A stretch of DNA of 64,000 bases from Sminthopsis crassicaudata (GCF_048593235.1 NC_133622.1:236933198-236997197); one strand, 5' to 3'. Positions 20,892 to 34,900 are shown, counted from the first letter of the stretch. Program-made: numbers and translations. The notes: generated from the sequence alone by a model not told the origin.

Positions 20892-21719
20892 TCCTTGAGG
20901 GATTCTTTGGAGAACTTTGCTATCAGATGCAAAATGACCTGGGCAGAAACACAGGAGCATGTGACATTTCCAGTGTGAGGAATTCCCAATTCTACAACCT
21001 ACTCCCTTTCTTTTTGAGGAGTGTTTTACCTGCAAAGATAAATAGTAACATACTAATATTCATGAGAAAAATATTTAGTGTATCAACCCACAAGTATTTA
21101 TTACTCATTAACTGTGTATCCTAGGATAAAACCCATCTGTCTCCTCTTGAGATATAATCATTACCTTCTTACCACCATGACTTTGGATTGACCCTAGAAT
21201 CCTCAGTTGTCATGGACAAACTTTTTTCTTATGTTTCCAGAGCCTATGTTTCTCTAACCTATTTCTTTTCCTTTATTTCATGTGCTATGGCACTTGTCCC
21301 AGTTCCCCTTTTTAGAATCTTCCATTTTTTGTTCTTTCAATAGAATGTAAGATCTATGAGGAAAGATACTGTCTTGGATGCTTTTACTCTTTTTACTATT
21401 ACTTAGCATACTTCCTGGAGCATATACAGTTTACTTTGTAAACCTTAAAGTGCTATAAAAATGCTAACTCATTATTATTGAATTATAGTTTGAATTCTAA
21501 TACTGGTAGGCTCTTTTCTTTCCATGTTTTTTTCTCATCATTTTCCCTGAAATTCTTCTTTTTCCACTAGATGTGTCATTATTTTTCTATTCCTAAGAAT
21601 CCATTGGTAGTGTTGCTTAGTTTACTTATGAGGAATTTATATATTTTTTCAACTATTTTGTCTAATTCCATAAAGAATATTTTGCAATTGTATTAATTTA
21701 ACTGATGGATAAATTGATA

Positions 21720-22380
21720 GGTTGAAATTGTGAATGCATCCAGCATTTCTGGAGAGCAATTTGGAACTATGCTCAAACTGTGCATATCCTTTGATCCAGC
21801 AGTGTTCCTACTGGGCTTATATCCCAAAGAAATGTTAAAGAAGGGAAAGGGACCTGTGTGTACAAGAATGTTTGTGGCAGCCCTCTTTGTAGTGGCCAGA
21901 AACTGGAAACTGAGTGGATGGCCATCAATGGGAGAATGGCTGAATAAATTGTGGAATATGAATGTTATGGAATATTATTTTTCTGTAAGAAATGATGAGC
22001 AGTATGATTTCAGAAAGGCCTGGAGAGACTTATGTGAACTGATGCTGAGTGAAATGAGCAGGACCAGGAGATCATTATATACTTGAACAATACTATATGA
22101 TGATCAATTCTGATGGACGTGGTCCTCTACAACAATGAGATGAACCAAATCAGTTCCAATAGAGTAGTAATAAATTGAACCAGCTACACTCATCAAAAAA
22201 ACTCTGGGAGATGACTATGAACCACTACATAGAATTTCCTCTATTTTTGTCCACATGCATTTTTTATTTCCTTCATAGGCTAATTGTACACTATTTCAAA
22301 CTCCGATTATTTTTGTACAGCAAAATAACTGTTTGGACTTATATACATATATTGTATTTAATTTATACTATAACATATTG
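21720..22380 (+). mobile_element. L1 3' fragment (ORF2 C-terminus + partial 3' UTR), no TSD seen
   Basis: ORF 21730-22086 [18 protein letters not shown]...; copy ~51070-51730. Confidence 0.9.
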
Positions 22381-23118
22381 ATATTAATATTAATTTTCAA
22401 TTAACCCTTTTGTTTTGTTTTTATTCCTTGATTTTATGAGAATAGAAATTATGAGAAAATATAACGAAACATGATATAATTCTAAAGTAATATCTAAGAT
22501 GGTTGAAAGCATTACCCAACTCCAGAAATTGTATTTGTATACTTCTCTTACATAACACTTTGGCATCTTTGTCAACTGGTTAAGTATAAGATGAAATTTA
22601 TAATTCTTTTATCATTAGTGATTTGGAAGCTGTTTTTATGTGGTGATTTATAGTTTACAATTCTTCTTTAAAAAAAAAAACTGTTCATATTCCTTGACCA
22701 CTAATCAGCAGAGAAATGCATGTTTTAGGTAGTTGTATCAATGCCCTATATATGTTGGATATCAGACACAATAATGATGTTTTCCATAGATCCACTCCCC
22801 TCCACAAATGAGAGTTACTTTTCTATTTTTATCGAATTTTTTGGACAAGTTTTTGAATTTAATTTAAACATGATTGAAATTATTTATTTTGGGGGAGATG
22901 TACTCTACTTTTTGTTTTGCTGAGAATTCTGTCTTTCCTCTTAGTTATGGATAGTCATTTCTTCCATTATCCTCCACCTTTTTTTCGTGATGTGACATAT
23001 ATGGGTGGCTCATCCATTTTGCGCTAATTTTGTGATATAGTTTAAATTATTAATCTAATTCTGATGTATGCCTAGTTTTTTTTTTTTTTTTAGCATTTTC
23101 CATAGCAGTTCTTCTCAA

Positions 23119-24048
23119 CTAGAGAGTATTTCTTGAGAAGAGTTCTTGAAACATAAAAGAGTGGCAAAAAACCCTGGGTTTCTGGGTGTCAATGCCTATC
23201 AGCACGAAAGGGCTGACAATGGGATAAAACATGGAAAGTGTAACAGTGAACTGTAGCCCCCAGTATCTGGTTTCTCTAGTAGAAGCTATATAAATAGCAA
23301 AAGGGGAGCTGACTGAGTTAAAGCAGACAAAGGTGACCACCAGCATTAGAATGGCTTTCGTGGCTCTGTTCTCAGGAGAAGCTTTATGGAAATGGTTGCT
23401 GCTATGAATGTGTTGGACTCTCTGGTTGTGTCTATGCAAGACAGACACCATATAGCAGCTTGAACAGATCATGAGACCCATAAACAGAGCATCCACAACT
23501 GACACAAAAATTAAAATTTTTATAATACTTTTGGCTTGCAAGTCAAAAGAAACATGTCCAATCCTCCATCTTTCATTACTGCTGTTTTTTGAAGTACTTA
23601 TATTCAGAGGTGTAGCAATATCAAGAAGAAGATTAAAAACCCAACTCAAAATGCAGGAGGAAGGAATACACTTTTGGGCTCTAGTTTTAACCTTTGCCCA
23701 CTTAAGGTTGTTAGGGCTGATAATGATGGCCTGGAAGACACTCAGGAGGCAGGTATTACAAAGAGAAAGGCCCCGAGTTACTCTTATGAGGTAATTTAAG
23801 ATTTTACCCATTGTTTCATTTAGCAAAGATCTCCACCCCCATTTGGCTATTATTGTGGGGATGCCCCTGAAAAGAATCATCAAGACATGGGCCAAGGACA
23901 AATTGATTATGATTAGGCTTATGAGTCTTTTCTTGTGACCAGTGAGGAGTTTAAGGCTATGTAGATAAAGCAGGGACATGTTCCCCAAAATTCCAAAGAA
24001 AATCATGGTCAAGTAGATATTCTGCAGGCCTTCTCTATCAGAACTCAT
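23119..24048 (-). CDS. Vomeronasal type-1 receptor, intact (V1R-C, 309 aa)
   Basis: 7TM ORF with RVTRGLSLCNTCLLSVFQAIIISP, LHRHNQRVQHIH, ENRATKAIL, YPIVSPFVL; acceptor tttctctccag| at 24092; roughly two-thirds identical to V1R-A. Confidence 0.96.
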   Translation of the reverse strand: MSSDREGLQNIYLTMIFFGILGNMSLLYLHSLKLLTGHKKRLISLIIINLSLAHVLMILFRGIPTIIAKWGWRSLLNETMGKILNYLIRVTRGLSLCNTCLLSVFQAIIISPNNLKWAKVKTRAQKCIPSSCILSWVFNLLLDIATPLNISTSKNSSNERWRIGHVSFDLQAKSIIKILIFVSVVDALFMGLMICSSCYMVSVLHRHNQRVQHIHSSNHFHKASPENRATKAILMLVVTFVCFNSVSSPFAIYIASTRETRYWGLQFTVTLSMFYPIVSPFVLIGIDTQKPRVFCHSFMFQELFSRNTL

Positions 24049-24681
24049 TCCTTCTGGGTCTTAGAGAACTTTGTTATCAGATCCAAAGTGACCTGGAGAG
24101 AAACATAGGAAAATGTGACTTTTCCAGAACAAGAAATTCCCAATAAAATTCTACAAATTCCTCAAAATAAAATTCCTACAAATTTCTCTCTGAGGAGTGG
24201 TAAGCCTTCCTAGATAAGTAGTACCATTCTAGTATTTGTGACACATGTATTCAATGAATCAACTCATAAATATTTATTATTCATTTATTGTGTAATTTAG
24301 TAATATACCACTTTGCATATATCTTCATACTATGCCTCTTCTCTTGGGCCATGAGAATCAACTCCTTCCCACTAGGACCTTGGACAGTTCCCAGGATCCT
24401 CAGCTGTCATGTTTGAGTTTTTCCTTTATCTTTCCAGGTCCATATCTTCAGGTTACTTCCTTTCCTTTACCATGCTATTACACAAGTCTCAGTTCCCCTT
24501 TCTGTAATCTTTCATTTTTTTGTTCTTCCATTAGAATGTAAATGATCGAGGGCAGAGATTGTATTGAGTGCTTTTAATCTTATCACTAGAACTTAGCATG
24601 GTTCCAGAAGCAAAGCAAGGTCATTTTCATGGTCTTTTGAATAACTGGAACTCTGCAGGTGTCAGCTTGGATCATTCTTAC

Positions 24682-24760
24682 TCTGGTAGGCTAAGTCACC
24701 AGAAATATTGGAATACTGGGGGATTGTTTTCTTTTGATGCTGAAAATTCAAGTCCTTAAA

Positions 24761-24807
<47 letters not shown>

Positions 24808-24834
24808 ACACATGTGTACATGTAGACTGATACC
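24682..24834 (-). other. Putative non-coding exon 3 of V1R-C, containing (CA)n
   Basis: Acceptor tcttttctttaatttctgcctcag|ggta and donor aga|gtaaga; (GT)n at 24764-24806. Confidence 0.55.
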
Positions 24835-25929
24835 CTGAGGCAGAAATTAAAGAAAAGACTCCCTTGGAAACAGGATTAAATATCTGTCTCTTTCTCCCCT
24901 CTAAACATGTGGCTACACATGTCCACAACGATTTTTACAAAAATATGGAAATATACATTTTCTATAAAGGATCCATTGCACATAATAATTGTGCATAAGA
25001 TGAAGAGTATATAGATCTAGAGAAAACAATGGCACTTCATGGTCCTCATTTTTATCTTAACTGTACAAAAGTGTTGAACATATACAACCAATTCTATATA
25101 CACTTATAGATATATACACAAAGCATTGTTTGGTAGTACTTTAAATTCAGCTGTGAAATTGTTAGGTTTGAGGGAAAGGAGAGGAAGGTATAAGCAGGAG
25201 GGGAAGTTTTTGAGACAGTATTCATAAATTAAACATCATTGGAGGCAGCGGAATCTTACAGATGGATTAAGAGAAAAGAAAGAGTAAATATATATCTTGG
25301 GATTGGTAGGGAAGACAAGAAAAAGATTGTGTCATTTATAGCCCATGTGTTGTTAGTCGAAGTGCTCTTTCCAACTTCTGCTTTGGAAAGAGGAGAATAA
25401 GAAGAAAAAATTAGAACAAGAGGACAGGATCAAAGGAAAAATAAAATTTAAATTATTACTGTGAAAATACATGGAAAACTTCATACACAGAATGGAAGAG
25501 AACAGTAGAATCTATTGCAAAGATGATTGCAAAAATGTCATTTAAAAAAATCACCTTTGCTGCACAAAGATTCATATAAAGGTAAAATAGAAATCTTGAA
25601 AATATCCATTGTGCTGCACATAAAAAAAACATTGGCAGCAGTCATGATTTCAGAGAAAACCATGGCAAAATAGACATGATAAAGGGTGATATGTATGGAA
25701 AAATATTGTACTTAAGTGTAACATAGAAAAGATATAGCATATTAATTATATGATATACACTTTAATTATGTATGCATTTTACATATATATATATATATAT
25801 ATGTATGGTCACATATATAGACACAAATAAACATCAGTAATATACATTATAAATACACACATCAATCAGTATAGCAATTAAAATACTCAAAGGACAAATT
25901 AATCAAATTATAGGATGGAGTGCCAAAAT

Positions 25930-28120
25930 AATCCACATTTGACAATCTTCTCATTTCTGAGATACATAAGAATTGATTTACATTTGTAAGAATCAGGTCT
26001 ATTTTTCAATGGACAAATTGTAGGATAGAAAAAGGTTATTCTCAAAGGAAGAAATCCAAGTTATCAAAACATACATTAAAATGCCCAAATTTTTAATAAG
26101 TAGTGAACTACAAATTAAAGAAGTTCTGATGCTCCACATTATACTAATCTTTGGCAAAGATGACAAAAAAATGACAAATGTTGGAAAAGCTGAGAGCCAA
26201 CAGGCATATTAATGCAGTATTGATCTAAGCATTTTGGATAGTCTTTTGGAACAATGCCCTATCCATCACAAATTTGTCACAACCTTTGGCTCAGAAATAC
26301 ACCTAATAAATAATACCATAAAGTATCAAAGTAAAGAGAAAAACCTGTATATATAAAATGTTTATAGTAACATCTATCATAGCAACATAGAACCAGAAAC
26401 CAAGATGTTACTTATAAGTTGGGGAATGATTGACCAAAATATAGTGTACAGATGTAATAGAAACCACTGCACTATAAAAAATGATGAAACTTAGAGTTTC
26501 AGAAAAAGCTAAAAATTTATATGAAATTGAATGAGCAGAATCAGGAGACAAATTCATACAATAGCATAATTGTAACAAAAAACCTTTCGAAATTTAAGAA
26601 CTCTGATGATTTTAAGGATCATGGAGTAAACAGAGAGAAGATTGAATCTCAATGCAAAATTACACACATGGCTTTTCTTCAATGACAATATAGGAATTTG
26701 TTATACTTTGTGCTTTCTTGTTACAAATATTTTGTTTTTCTACTTCTTTAATGGAGGGGGGTAGGATAGAGAAAATAAATGACTGCTCCCTGAAAAATAA
26801 ATGGCTTTTCTTTGAAAAATTAAAATTTGTGAAATAGCTGTAGGCTTCAATGTATTCCTTTAAAACTTAGAGATATCTAACCAAAAATAAATAAAAAATG
26901 TGAAGATGAATAGAATACTAGGAAATTTAGAGTTGAGAAATCTCTAGTGATAACTGAATGAAAGAATTAAAATTTATCTATTTCTTAATCATGAAACCCT
27001 TGCAAAAATCAACCATGGTTTTGGATATAAAAATTTCATAAACACAATAGCTAGCATTTATAGATAATTATCATGTTAATAATATATAGGATTGTCATAC
27101 CACTTAAGTATTGAAAAATACTTTACATATATATTACCTTGATTTGATCATTACAAAAAATCTGGGATGTTTGTGTTACTATTATCCCTATTTTATAATC
27201 GAGGAAATTGAGACAGATAGAAGTTAAATGATTTGTGGTGGGTCATATGGCTGATGAGTGTCAAAGGTAGGATTTGAACTCAAAAGTCTTCCTTACTATA
27301 CATCTAGTGTTCTATTCATGGTACCACCAAACTGACATATGAAATGTAGAAGCAGAGAAATAGAAAATTCTCTTAAGTAGACTTAATCCCAACAAAATTT
27401 TCTTCAATGAAGGACCCTTGAACAAAGAAGTAAAATTGAATTGAAACTACATAATTTTGTACTAACGCATGGATAGACTGAAGAAAAAGTTACAGAAACA
27501 GAAATTGTCCTTGAAATACTTTTTTAAACTAGGAACATTCCAAAGTATATGGGATATAATTAAAGGATGCAGCTACATGGTCGTTAAGTGAAATTTTTTT
27601 TTATGTAAATGCTTTCATCAACAAAAGCAAGAAAGGATAAATGAATGAACAAGCATGACACAAACAAATAGAAAAATAAGAAATCAGCTCCCTCATCTAA
27701 CCACCAAAATAGAAATTCTGAAAATTAACGAAGGAAAAAAATTTATAGCAGAATCACCTCATTGAACTGATATATAAAAGTTGGAATAAAAAATTAATAA
27801 AGTAGCTACACAATTCAATTTGTAAGAGTAAAGAAGAAAAATTTTCATATTCAAACTGCAAATTCATTGCATTTAAAAATAAAATAAAGCAAGTTATCTG
27901 AATGCCTTTTGCCAAATTACATTCCAAATAAATGACAACATATCTGAGATGAGCAAGTTACAAAAATCTTCACATCTAGGTTAATGGATACATGTATAAA
28001 CAATTTTATATTAGAAAAAAAATTTAAAAAGAAAATTTGAACTTCCTAAGAAAAACTCCAGTATCAAATGGAATTGAAGATGAATTCTATATCAGTTATT
28101 TAAAAAACTCTGTACTCAGA
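25930..28120 (+). mobile_element. Heavily decayed old L1 ORF2/3' UTR fragments (V1R-C intron)
   Basis: L1-like 'caaaggaagaaatccaagttatc...caaattaaag...ggcaaagatgac...caaatgttgg'; A-rich; boundaries approximate; copy ~55270-57500. Confidence 0.6.
27170..27335 (-). mobile_element. CORE-SINE fragment
   Basis: 'attatccctatttta...gaggaaattgagac...gttaaatgattt...ggatttgaactc' core; copy ~56560-56720. Confidence 0.7.
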
Positions 28121-28379
28121 TGGGCTAATTAAGCAGATATCTAATTTAAAATTCTGTTGCTCAGGACAATCATCACAAAGATGCTCTGGGAAAGGAGATT
28201 AAAATGATCCTTCTAGTCAGTTTTTAGACAAATCAAGGATGAGAAGTATGGTCTGTGTTCTAAATTTCAGCATCTTGAGATACTATACCAGTGGCTTATC
28301 TTTGTTATGTTTATTAATAAATTGTGATTTTTAAAAAAATGAATTCTATACTCCTTATTTTTTTCCAAGGTAACCTCCC

Positions 28380-28620
28380 TAGAAGCTGTGGAATGGTTAG
28401 CGTGATGGACTTAGTTTCAGGAAGATCTGATTTCAAATGAAGCTATTGACATTTATTAACTACAGGACTCTGGGCAAATCATCTAAGTCCTGGTTTCCTC
28501 TTTCTCAACATCTGTTAGGATGAGCATAACTATACTATCCATCTCTTTATCTGTAAAATACTTAGCACAGTGCCCAGAACAAAATAGATATTTAATAAAT
28601 ACTTCCTTCCTTTCTTGAAA
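28380..28620 (+). mobile_element. CORE-SINE with L2-type tail
   Basis: 'gactctgggcaaatcat' core and 'gtaaaatacttagcacagtgcc...taataaatacttcc' tail; copy ~57760-57995. Confidence 0.7.
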
Positions 28621-30344
28621 GTCTATATTATTACCACATGTAGAAAATTTCAAATTTAGTGAAGAATCATTAATTGTGAAAAAAAATTTCTGAGTCTGCC
28701 AGAATTTTGCTAGTGCAAACTGAAATAAGCAGCTTACCAGTATGGAAGAAACGTTCTAATGGTTAAGATTGTACATCTGTCACTTGTAACTGATGCCATC
28801 CAGACATTTCTTAGTGTAGAGACCATTGTGTCTTGTAATTTTGAATATTTCATATAGAATGCCTTTATTTTTCCTTTTCAGTATTAGGCAGTTTGGTATT
28901 ATTTAAATTCAAAAGAATTCTTCAAACCTCCTGCTTCATTACTGAACAGCAAACATAAACAAGAGCAGATATTGTTTGTATGTGTCTATTATCTCACTCA
29001 AATATACTGGCTTTTCGGTGATTAATGGAAATTAATGGAAATGTCAGATTCTGAAATTTATTCTGACAATGATCTCAAGGCACTACTGTCTCTTGCAAAG
29101 TAATAGAACAAAAACAATAAGCATAAAATAAATAGAGGTCACTAGGATTTAGCTGATAGAACCACCTACCTGTGTAATAAACATAAGGGCAAAAAATATT
29201 TATCATGTGGCTATATAGAGACTGTCTGATCTCCAATAGAGATTTTCAGGTATTGCTTTTCCTTCACCAAAATGGAATCTTTTTCCTTTTAAAAAGCAAC
29301 AAATTGGGAGAGACAGTGGCTAGGATAATATTTTTAACTATAAAAAGATGAAATCATACTGTTTGATTTAAATAAGTTATTTTTATTTGAATATAAAAAA
29401 AGAAAAGCTATTCTATTCCAGTAGGGTTAAAATTAGAAACTAACCTGCTCATATTACCTCCCTCTAAAGATCAGCCAGATAGCATATGTAGTGTTTTATA
29501 AACCTTAAAGTATACTATAAATTCTATTTAACATCAATTCTTGTACTCAACTGTGGCTTTTTGCACACTGAGATTCCTGTAGAAGTAAAAGATACAAAAG
29601 GACAATGGTTGGATGCCATTTTTTTTATAGATCCCAAAGTGGTACAATGATTAAATCCTGGACCTGGAGTCTGGAAGATTTAAATTCAAATCTATTTTCA
29701 GACATGCATTAGTTATGTGATCTTGGGCAAGTCATTTAACTAATATTTTCTTCAGTATCCTTGTGTAAAATGGGAATATGACCCAAGACCGAATGAGATG
29801 ATAGTGATAAAGTGCTTAGCATAGTATTTGGCACATCATTGACATTCAACAAATCCTTCCACCTTTCCCTTCTTCCAACATTATGGTATTCGAATTTCCT
29901 TAAAATCAGAAAAACAATGCTGCCTTGTATTATCACATAATCTCCAAATGCATTGAAACAAAAGAGAACATTTTTCAAACATAGATGTGAAGAATCTTTT
30001 CCCCCTAAATTATTATATGAAACAGCCAAGTCAGTCCAACTCAGTGCATTTCCCCATAACCTCTGGCTATGGAAAGTTGAACACAATTTAAGGAAATAAG
30101 TTGAAGCTCCTCTCTCTGAACTTTGGAGATGTGCTGAGATATATAGGATCAATCTTTGTAGTGCCCAAGGAAATAGAGGAAGAAGTGAAATAAAACATAG
30201 CAAAACCCCTAAATACTAGCTTTTATTCCATCAGGGGCGTGATCTGTCTTGACATCTAAAGTCAGGTTTTTGTTTTCAACAATGAGGAAATTGATACTCA
30301 GAATATGAAAGTGAGAGAAAAACCTTCCATCCTATGTATCCTAC

Positions 30345-30531
30345 CTCAAATGAAGTGTTCTTTCCATTAGACCAGAAAACTTGTATTGCCATGGCCGGAC
30401 AGAGAGGGAGTAGACAGACAACAAGGGACCATGCTTTTTCCTCTTAGTATAAAGAAGAATTTGCAGAATATGAGAAGAAAAGTGATTTTTTTTCCTGACT
30501 ACCACTAACTGGCTGGGAACATGGAAGAGAA
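30345..30531 (-). other. Putative non-coding exon 2 of V1R-C (unit A gene)
   Basis: Acceptor ttctcttttcccctgtccag|ttc; donor tttgag|gtagga. Confidence 0.55.
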
Positions 30532-30996
30532 CTGGACAGGGGAAAAGAGAACAACAGGACATATGGAGGAGGTATCAATAAAGACTCAAGGACCCTGAAT
30601 CTACAGCAAACTAGTGAGATATGTGTTAAACTGACATTGAGAGGATTCTGGGTAAGAAAGAGGGTAGCACCATTGCCAGACATGAACTCTCCCTCTTTTG
30701 TCTTTCTCCTCCCCAAACATATAGTATATGCTGCCTCCTATCATTTGGTGAGAGTGAGGAAGAGTGGGCTAAAGATTAAGTAAAGAAATGGAGAACAAAA
30801 GCTGGCAGTCTTGTTTCCAAAACCCAAGCCAGAATAGCCTAGAATAGTCAAAATGTCCTTCCTGTATCCCCCCCCAAATCATTATTCCTAATCATCTTTT
30901 CTTCCTTATTGCAGAACTGAAAGCCTGTGCTCTGGTTCCTGGAAGGGATTCTTGCCTATCCCTGTGTCTGAGGTTAAGGCCTTCCATATCACTCAC

Positions 30997-31410
30997 CAGA
31001 CTGTTCTCTGCTGCCGGGGCCTGGAATAGAATTGCAGAAGTCTATGCATGTATGTGTGTGTATGTGTACGTGTGGGGTATATCTGGGGCTGGAGTTATAG
31101 GGAGAGCAGACTCTGAGCTCATTTCCCTAAGAGCTATAATTATGATGTCATGTGTTGCAAGAGGAACACTTGACAGAAGAGGGAACTTAAGGGGTGTCTG
31201 AATTAGGAACAGAATTTTTCCTCATGTGAAAATTTTTGTCAACAATTTTTATTGATTAATGAGACTCTCCAAAGGAATATTTGTGAGTAACCAAAAAGAG
31301 ATTTTCCTCTGCCTGTTGAGAGGAGAAAATTTTCATTTTTTTCATTGTCATTGCAAGGATGTGCTGCTAAATGTCAAACAGTTATTAAAAAAAAAGTACT
31401 CTGGAAAAGC
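30997..31410 (-). promoter_or_regulatory. Putative V1R-C exon 1 / promoter block (X3)
   Basis: Donor ctg|gtgagt at 30996, ~6.9 kb upstream of the ATG at 24048. Confidence 0.62.
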
Positions 31411-31640
31411 TGAAAAAGGTTTAAAAGGAAAGCTAGTAATTTAAGTTTTAGACAAAATGAATTTGGGATGTCTCCAGGACACACAGTTTGAAATGTACAA
31501 TGGATAGTTTTTGATTCAGGTCTAAACTACTCCTGGGAAGTATTTTTGTTTATTTAGTACCAAGTCATTTGATAATTATGGGTTTTTAATGTGATTTAAA
31601 TTCTATTTAATTTTCTTTCCTAATACTTTTTATCAGTATT

Positions 31641-31926
31641 AAGAAGAAAAACCCCAACCATAAAATCTTACTCTAGAAATGGGAGACTGGGATTCATCTT
31701 CAGAGAACTACAGTGAAATAAAAAAAGCCTCATATTCCAAAGTGTTACATTAAATGGCTCCCCATCCAGAAAGATTTTATAAAAGAATTCAAAAAAGACT
31801 TTAAAAATCAAATGAGAATAATTGAGAAAAACTTACAAAAAATAAAAACAAGAAAGCCATTTAGGAAAAATAAGAAAAATTTGAAAAAAAGTCAATCAAC
31901 TAGAAAAGGAGATGCAGAAACTACAT
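31641..31926 (+). mobile_element. L1 ORF1 5' fragment, copy B
   Basis: Homologue of 2393-2680; KVNQLEKEMQKL readable. Confidence 0.75.
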
Positions 31927-34900
31927 TATAATGAATACATTAGAATGCATATTCCCTTGGTTCTTCAAGGTAGAAGAAATAGAGGCAGATAATTGGAAAC
32001 TTGTAGGAGATCAACTATGTGAATACTACAATGATAAAGGCCCTGATTCAATTTCTAAGGAACCACTCTATATGTACAACATAATACAATTGGCCTTAAA
32101 GAATCCCACAAGTTCTAGAAAAAAGAAAAGTTTTAAGAACAGCCAGATGAGGAAGTGTGAGGAAAAAGAGGAACACAAAGGAGAGATTAATGGCAATGTC
32201 ACCAGAGGGCATGAGGACTTAAGTGAACTTGAAGGGCATGGTGATTCTTATTCTCACAGCCCAGCTTCAACTCTACCTACACCAGAGCAGCTCCTTGAGC
32301 CTCCCCCATCAACATCACCTTCTTGAATGGAGGGAGGAGGAGGAGTGGGAAGGGCAGTGATATCATTAGCACCTACCCCACCCCAGCAATCACCCCCTCC
32401 TATGACTAGATTGCAAAAGGCATTACTTAAAGCCATAGAAGAAGGGCAGAGCACAGCTGATATGAGAATAGAAATGTATCCTGTGATTCAACAGCTTAAC
32501 TCTTCAGGTCAAGAATGTAGAAGATACACTCCTTTTGATTTAGAAATCATCAATGACCTGAAAAAGGCTTGCATTCTTTATGGGGCTACATCATCTTATG
32601 TTAAGATATTATTATGGAATTTGGCTTATGAAATTTTAACTCCTAGTGACTGGAAATCTATAGCAAGGACATGCTTAGAACCTGAACAAAACTTGTTGTG
32701 GCTCTCTGAATATAGTGAGCTCTGTAGGATACAAGTCCAATGAAAAAGTCAAAGTGGAGTTAATGCTCCGGTCATATGTGACCAACTAACTGGTGTAGGT
32801 TCTTATGTAGATACTTCAGTACACATTAATTACCCCATAGCCAAATATGAGCAAATAACTTTTGCTGCTATCAAAGCATGGGGTTTTATCCCAGGTCAAC
32901 AGGACAAAGGAGAGGCCTTCATGAAACTAGCACAAGGGCCAAGTGAACCCTTTGCTGATTTTGTGGGATGTTTACAGACAGCTTTCATGCAAACTATTGG
33001 TGAAAATGCAGCAACAGAAATTCTGATAAGGTAACTTGCTAAAGAAATTGCTAATGAGGTTTATAAAAGAATTATTCTAGGACTACACAAGGATGCTCCT
33101 TTAGAGGAAATCATAAGATGCTGTGCCACAGTGGGTAAAGATACCTTTTATAGCCAGGCTATGATGCAGACTTCCGAACATGGAAATACAGGGTCCCTTT
33201 TGGCAAGGGACTTCCAGAGAGACTCATCAATGTTTTCAAGTAGGGAAAGTAAAGTAGGGCATCTGAAAACTTAATGTTGGCATAGAGACAAGTGAGAAAA
33301 CAGGGTGGGAGAACAAGACCCAATACCCCATGTCCAAAATGTAACAGAGGCTTTCATTGGGCATCAGAAAGTAGACTGATACAGGGAAATGGGATGAGGG
33401 GGCCAGCCCTGGGGCCCAAAATAAAAAAAAAATACTTGGGGAATGATGGCAGCCAATGCTACACCCAGCCTTTAGAATAGAATAGAAAAATAGCCTTTAG
33501 AAGTTCAATACGCAGACATGACAAATCAGGCAGGAAGCAATCTGATGGGAGAAAGGGATTGCACAATCAATCAGCCAGGAAGCAACCTGATGGGAGAAAA
33601 GGATTACAATTAGGGGGAATAGAATTGTGTACAGCTGGGACAACTGAGATAGCCCCTAGGGAGGTGAATCTGTTCCTCTCCAGCCTATGGATCCCTTGCC
33701 TCTAGGCCCAGTAGGCTTGACCATTTCACTTCCTGATAGTACTTACAAAACAGTGTTCATCCATACACTGATGTGTAGGAGAAATAGTAGCATCAGGTTT
33801 ACAGATAGACTCCTAATAGGCAATCTGGTTATCGTTGGCCAGATTCTGACTCCAGGCAGCAAAATCCATGAATATACTGGACAGCAGCTGTGACAGCTGA
33901 CTGTCCTATGGTCACTAACTATATAAATGGCATACCATTAGAAGTATTGGTAGGCACAGGTGCAGATCATACAGTCATTAGAGGTGTCAACTGGCCCAGT
34001 CACTGGCCAAAGATTAAAGCAGACACCTTTATGTCTGATGTAGGAGGAACAACAGCAGCTGAAGTTAGTGCTCTCCTTTGAGATGGACATTTGAAGTCAA
34101 AACAGGGGTTTTACTCCTTTTATAGTTGAAAAAAATCCCCATCAATCTGTTGGGGAAGAGACATTTTACAACAATTAGGATTATAAATGAGTACTTCCGT
34201 TTTTTAGTTAGGGCTGTTGTTGAAGGCCTGCCAACACCATTCATCCAATGGAAAACTGATACACCAGTGTGGATAGATCAGTGGCCCTTAGCTAGCAATA
34301 AAATTCAGGCCTTATTAGATAAAGTGCAAGAGCAACTTGACCAAGGACACTTACAACTTTCTCTAAGTCCTTGGAATTACCCTGTATTTGTTGTCAGAAA
34401 GAAACTGGAAAATGGAGGATGTTGACTGATTTAAGAAAGGTAAATGAACAGATGGAAACTATGTGAACTCTTTAGCCTGGACTTCCATCTCCTACTCAAT
34501 TGCTCAGAGAATGGCCTCTTTGGGTTATTAAGGATTGTTTGTATTCTATTCCTCTAGATAAGGAGGATATGAAAAGATTTGCCTTTTCAGTGCCCAGCGT
34601 TAACTTAGCTGAGTCTTATAAAAGATATGAATGGACAGTTTTGCTACAGGGAATGAAAAACAGCCCTACTATGTGCCAAATGTATGTTGCTGCTGCTCTT
34701 ACTCCAGTAAGAAAAGCATTTCCAAAAGTAATGTTATTACATTACATGGGTGATATATTGGGATGTGCACCTGAGGAACAAATGTTAGAAGCATGTCTAC
34801 AAAAGACCATGGAAATACTAAGGAATCATAAATTGCACATAGCTCCAGAAAAAATTCAATGGTATGCTCCTTTTCAGTATTTAGGATATGAAGTATACCC

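Larger units (their letters stand above)
1..29307. repeat. Tandem segmental duplication unit A (~29.3 kb)
   Basis: Position 4 'agacaatggc' recurs at 29311 and 58694. All ORFs, TEs and microsatellites recur with an offset of ~29240-29350; ~99% identical to unit B over most of 2700-29300. Confidence 0.97.

Noticed and set aside
20892-21035. 48-aa N-terminal extension of V1R-B given by the ORF track
   Set aside because: It crosses the conserved splice acceptor at 20938 into intron; the homologous start is MSFHKDS at 20891.
16052-22086. L1 ORF2 C-terminal ORFs as host genes
   Set aside because: They lie inside 5'-truncated L1 copies, two of them bounded by TSDs.
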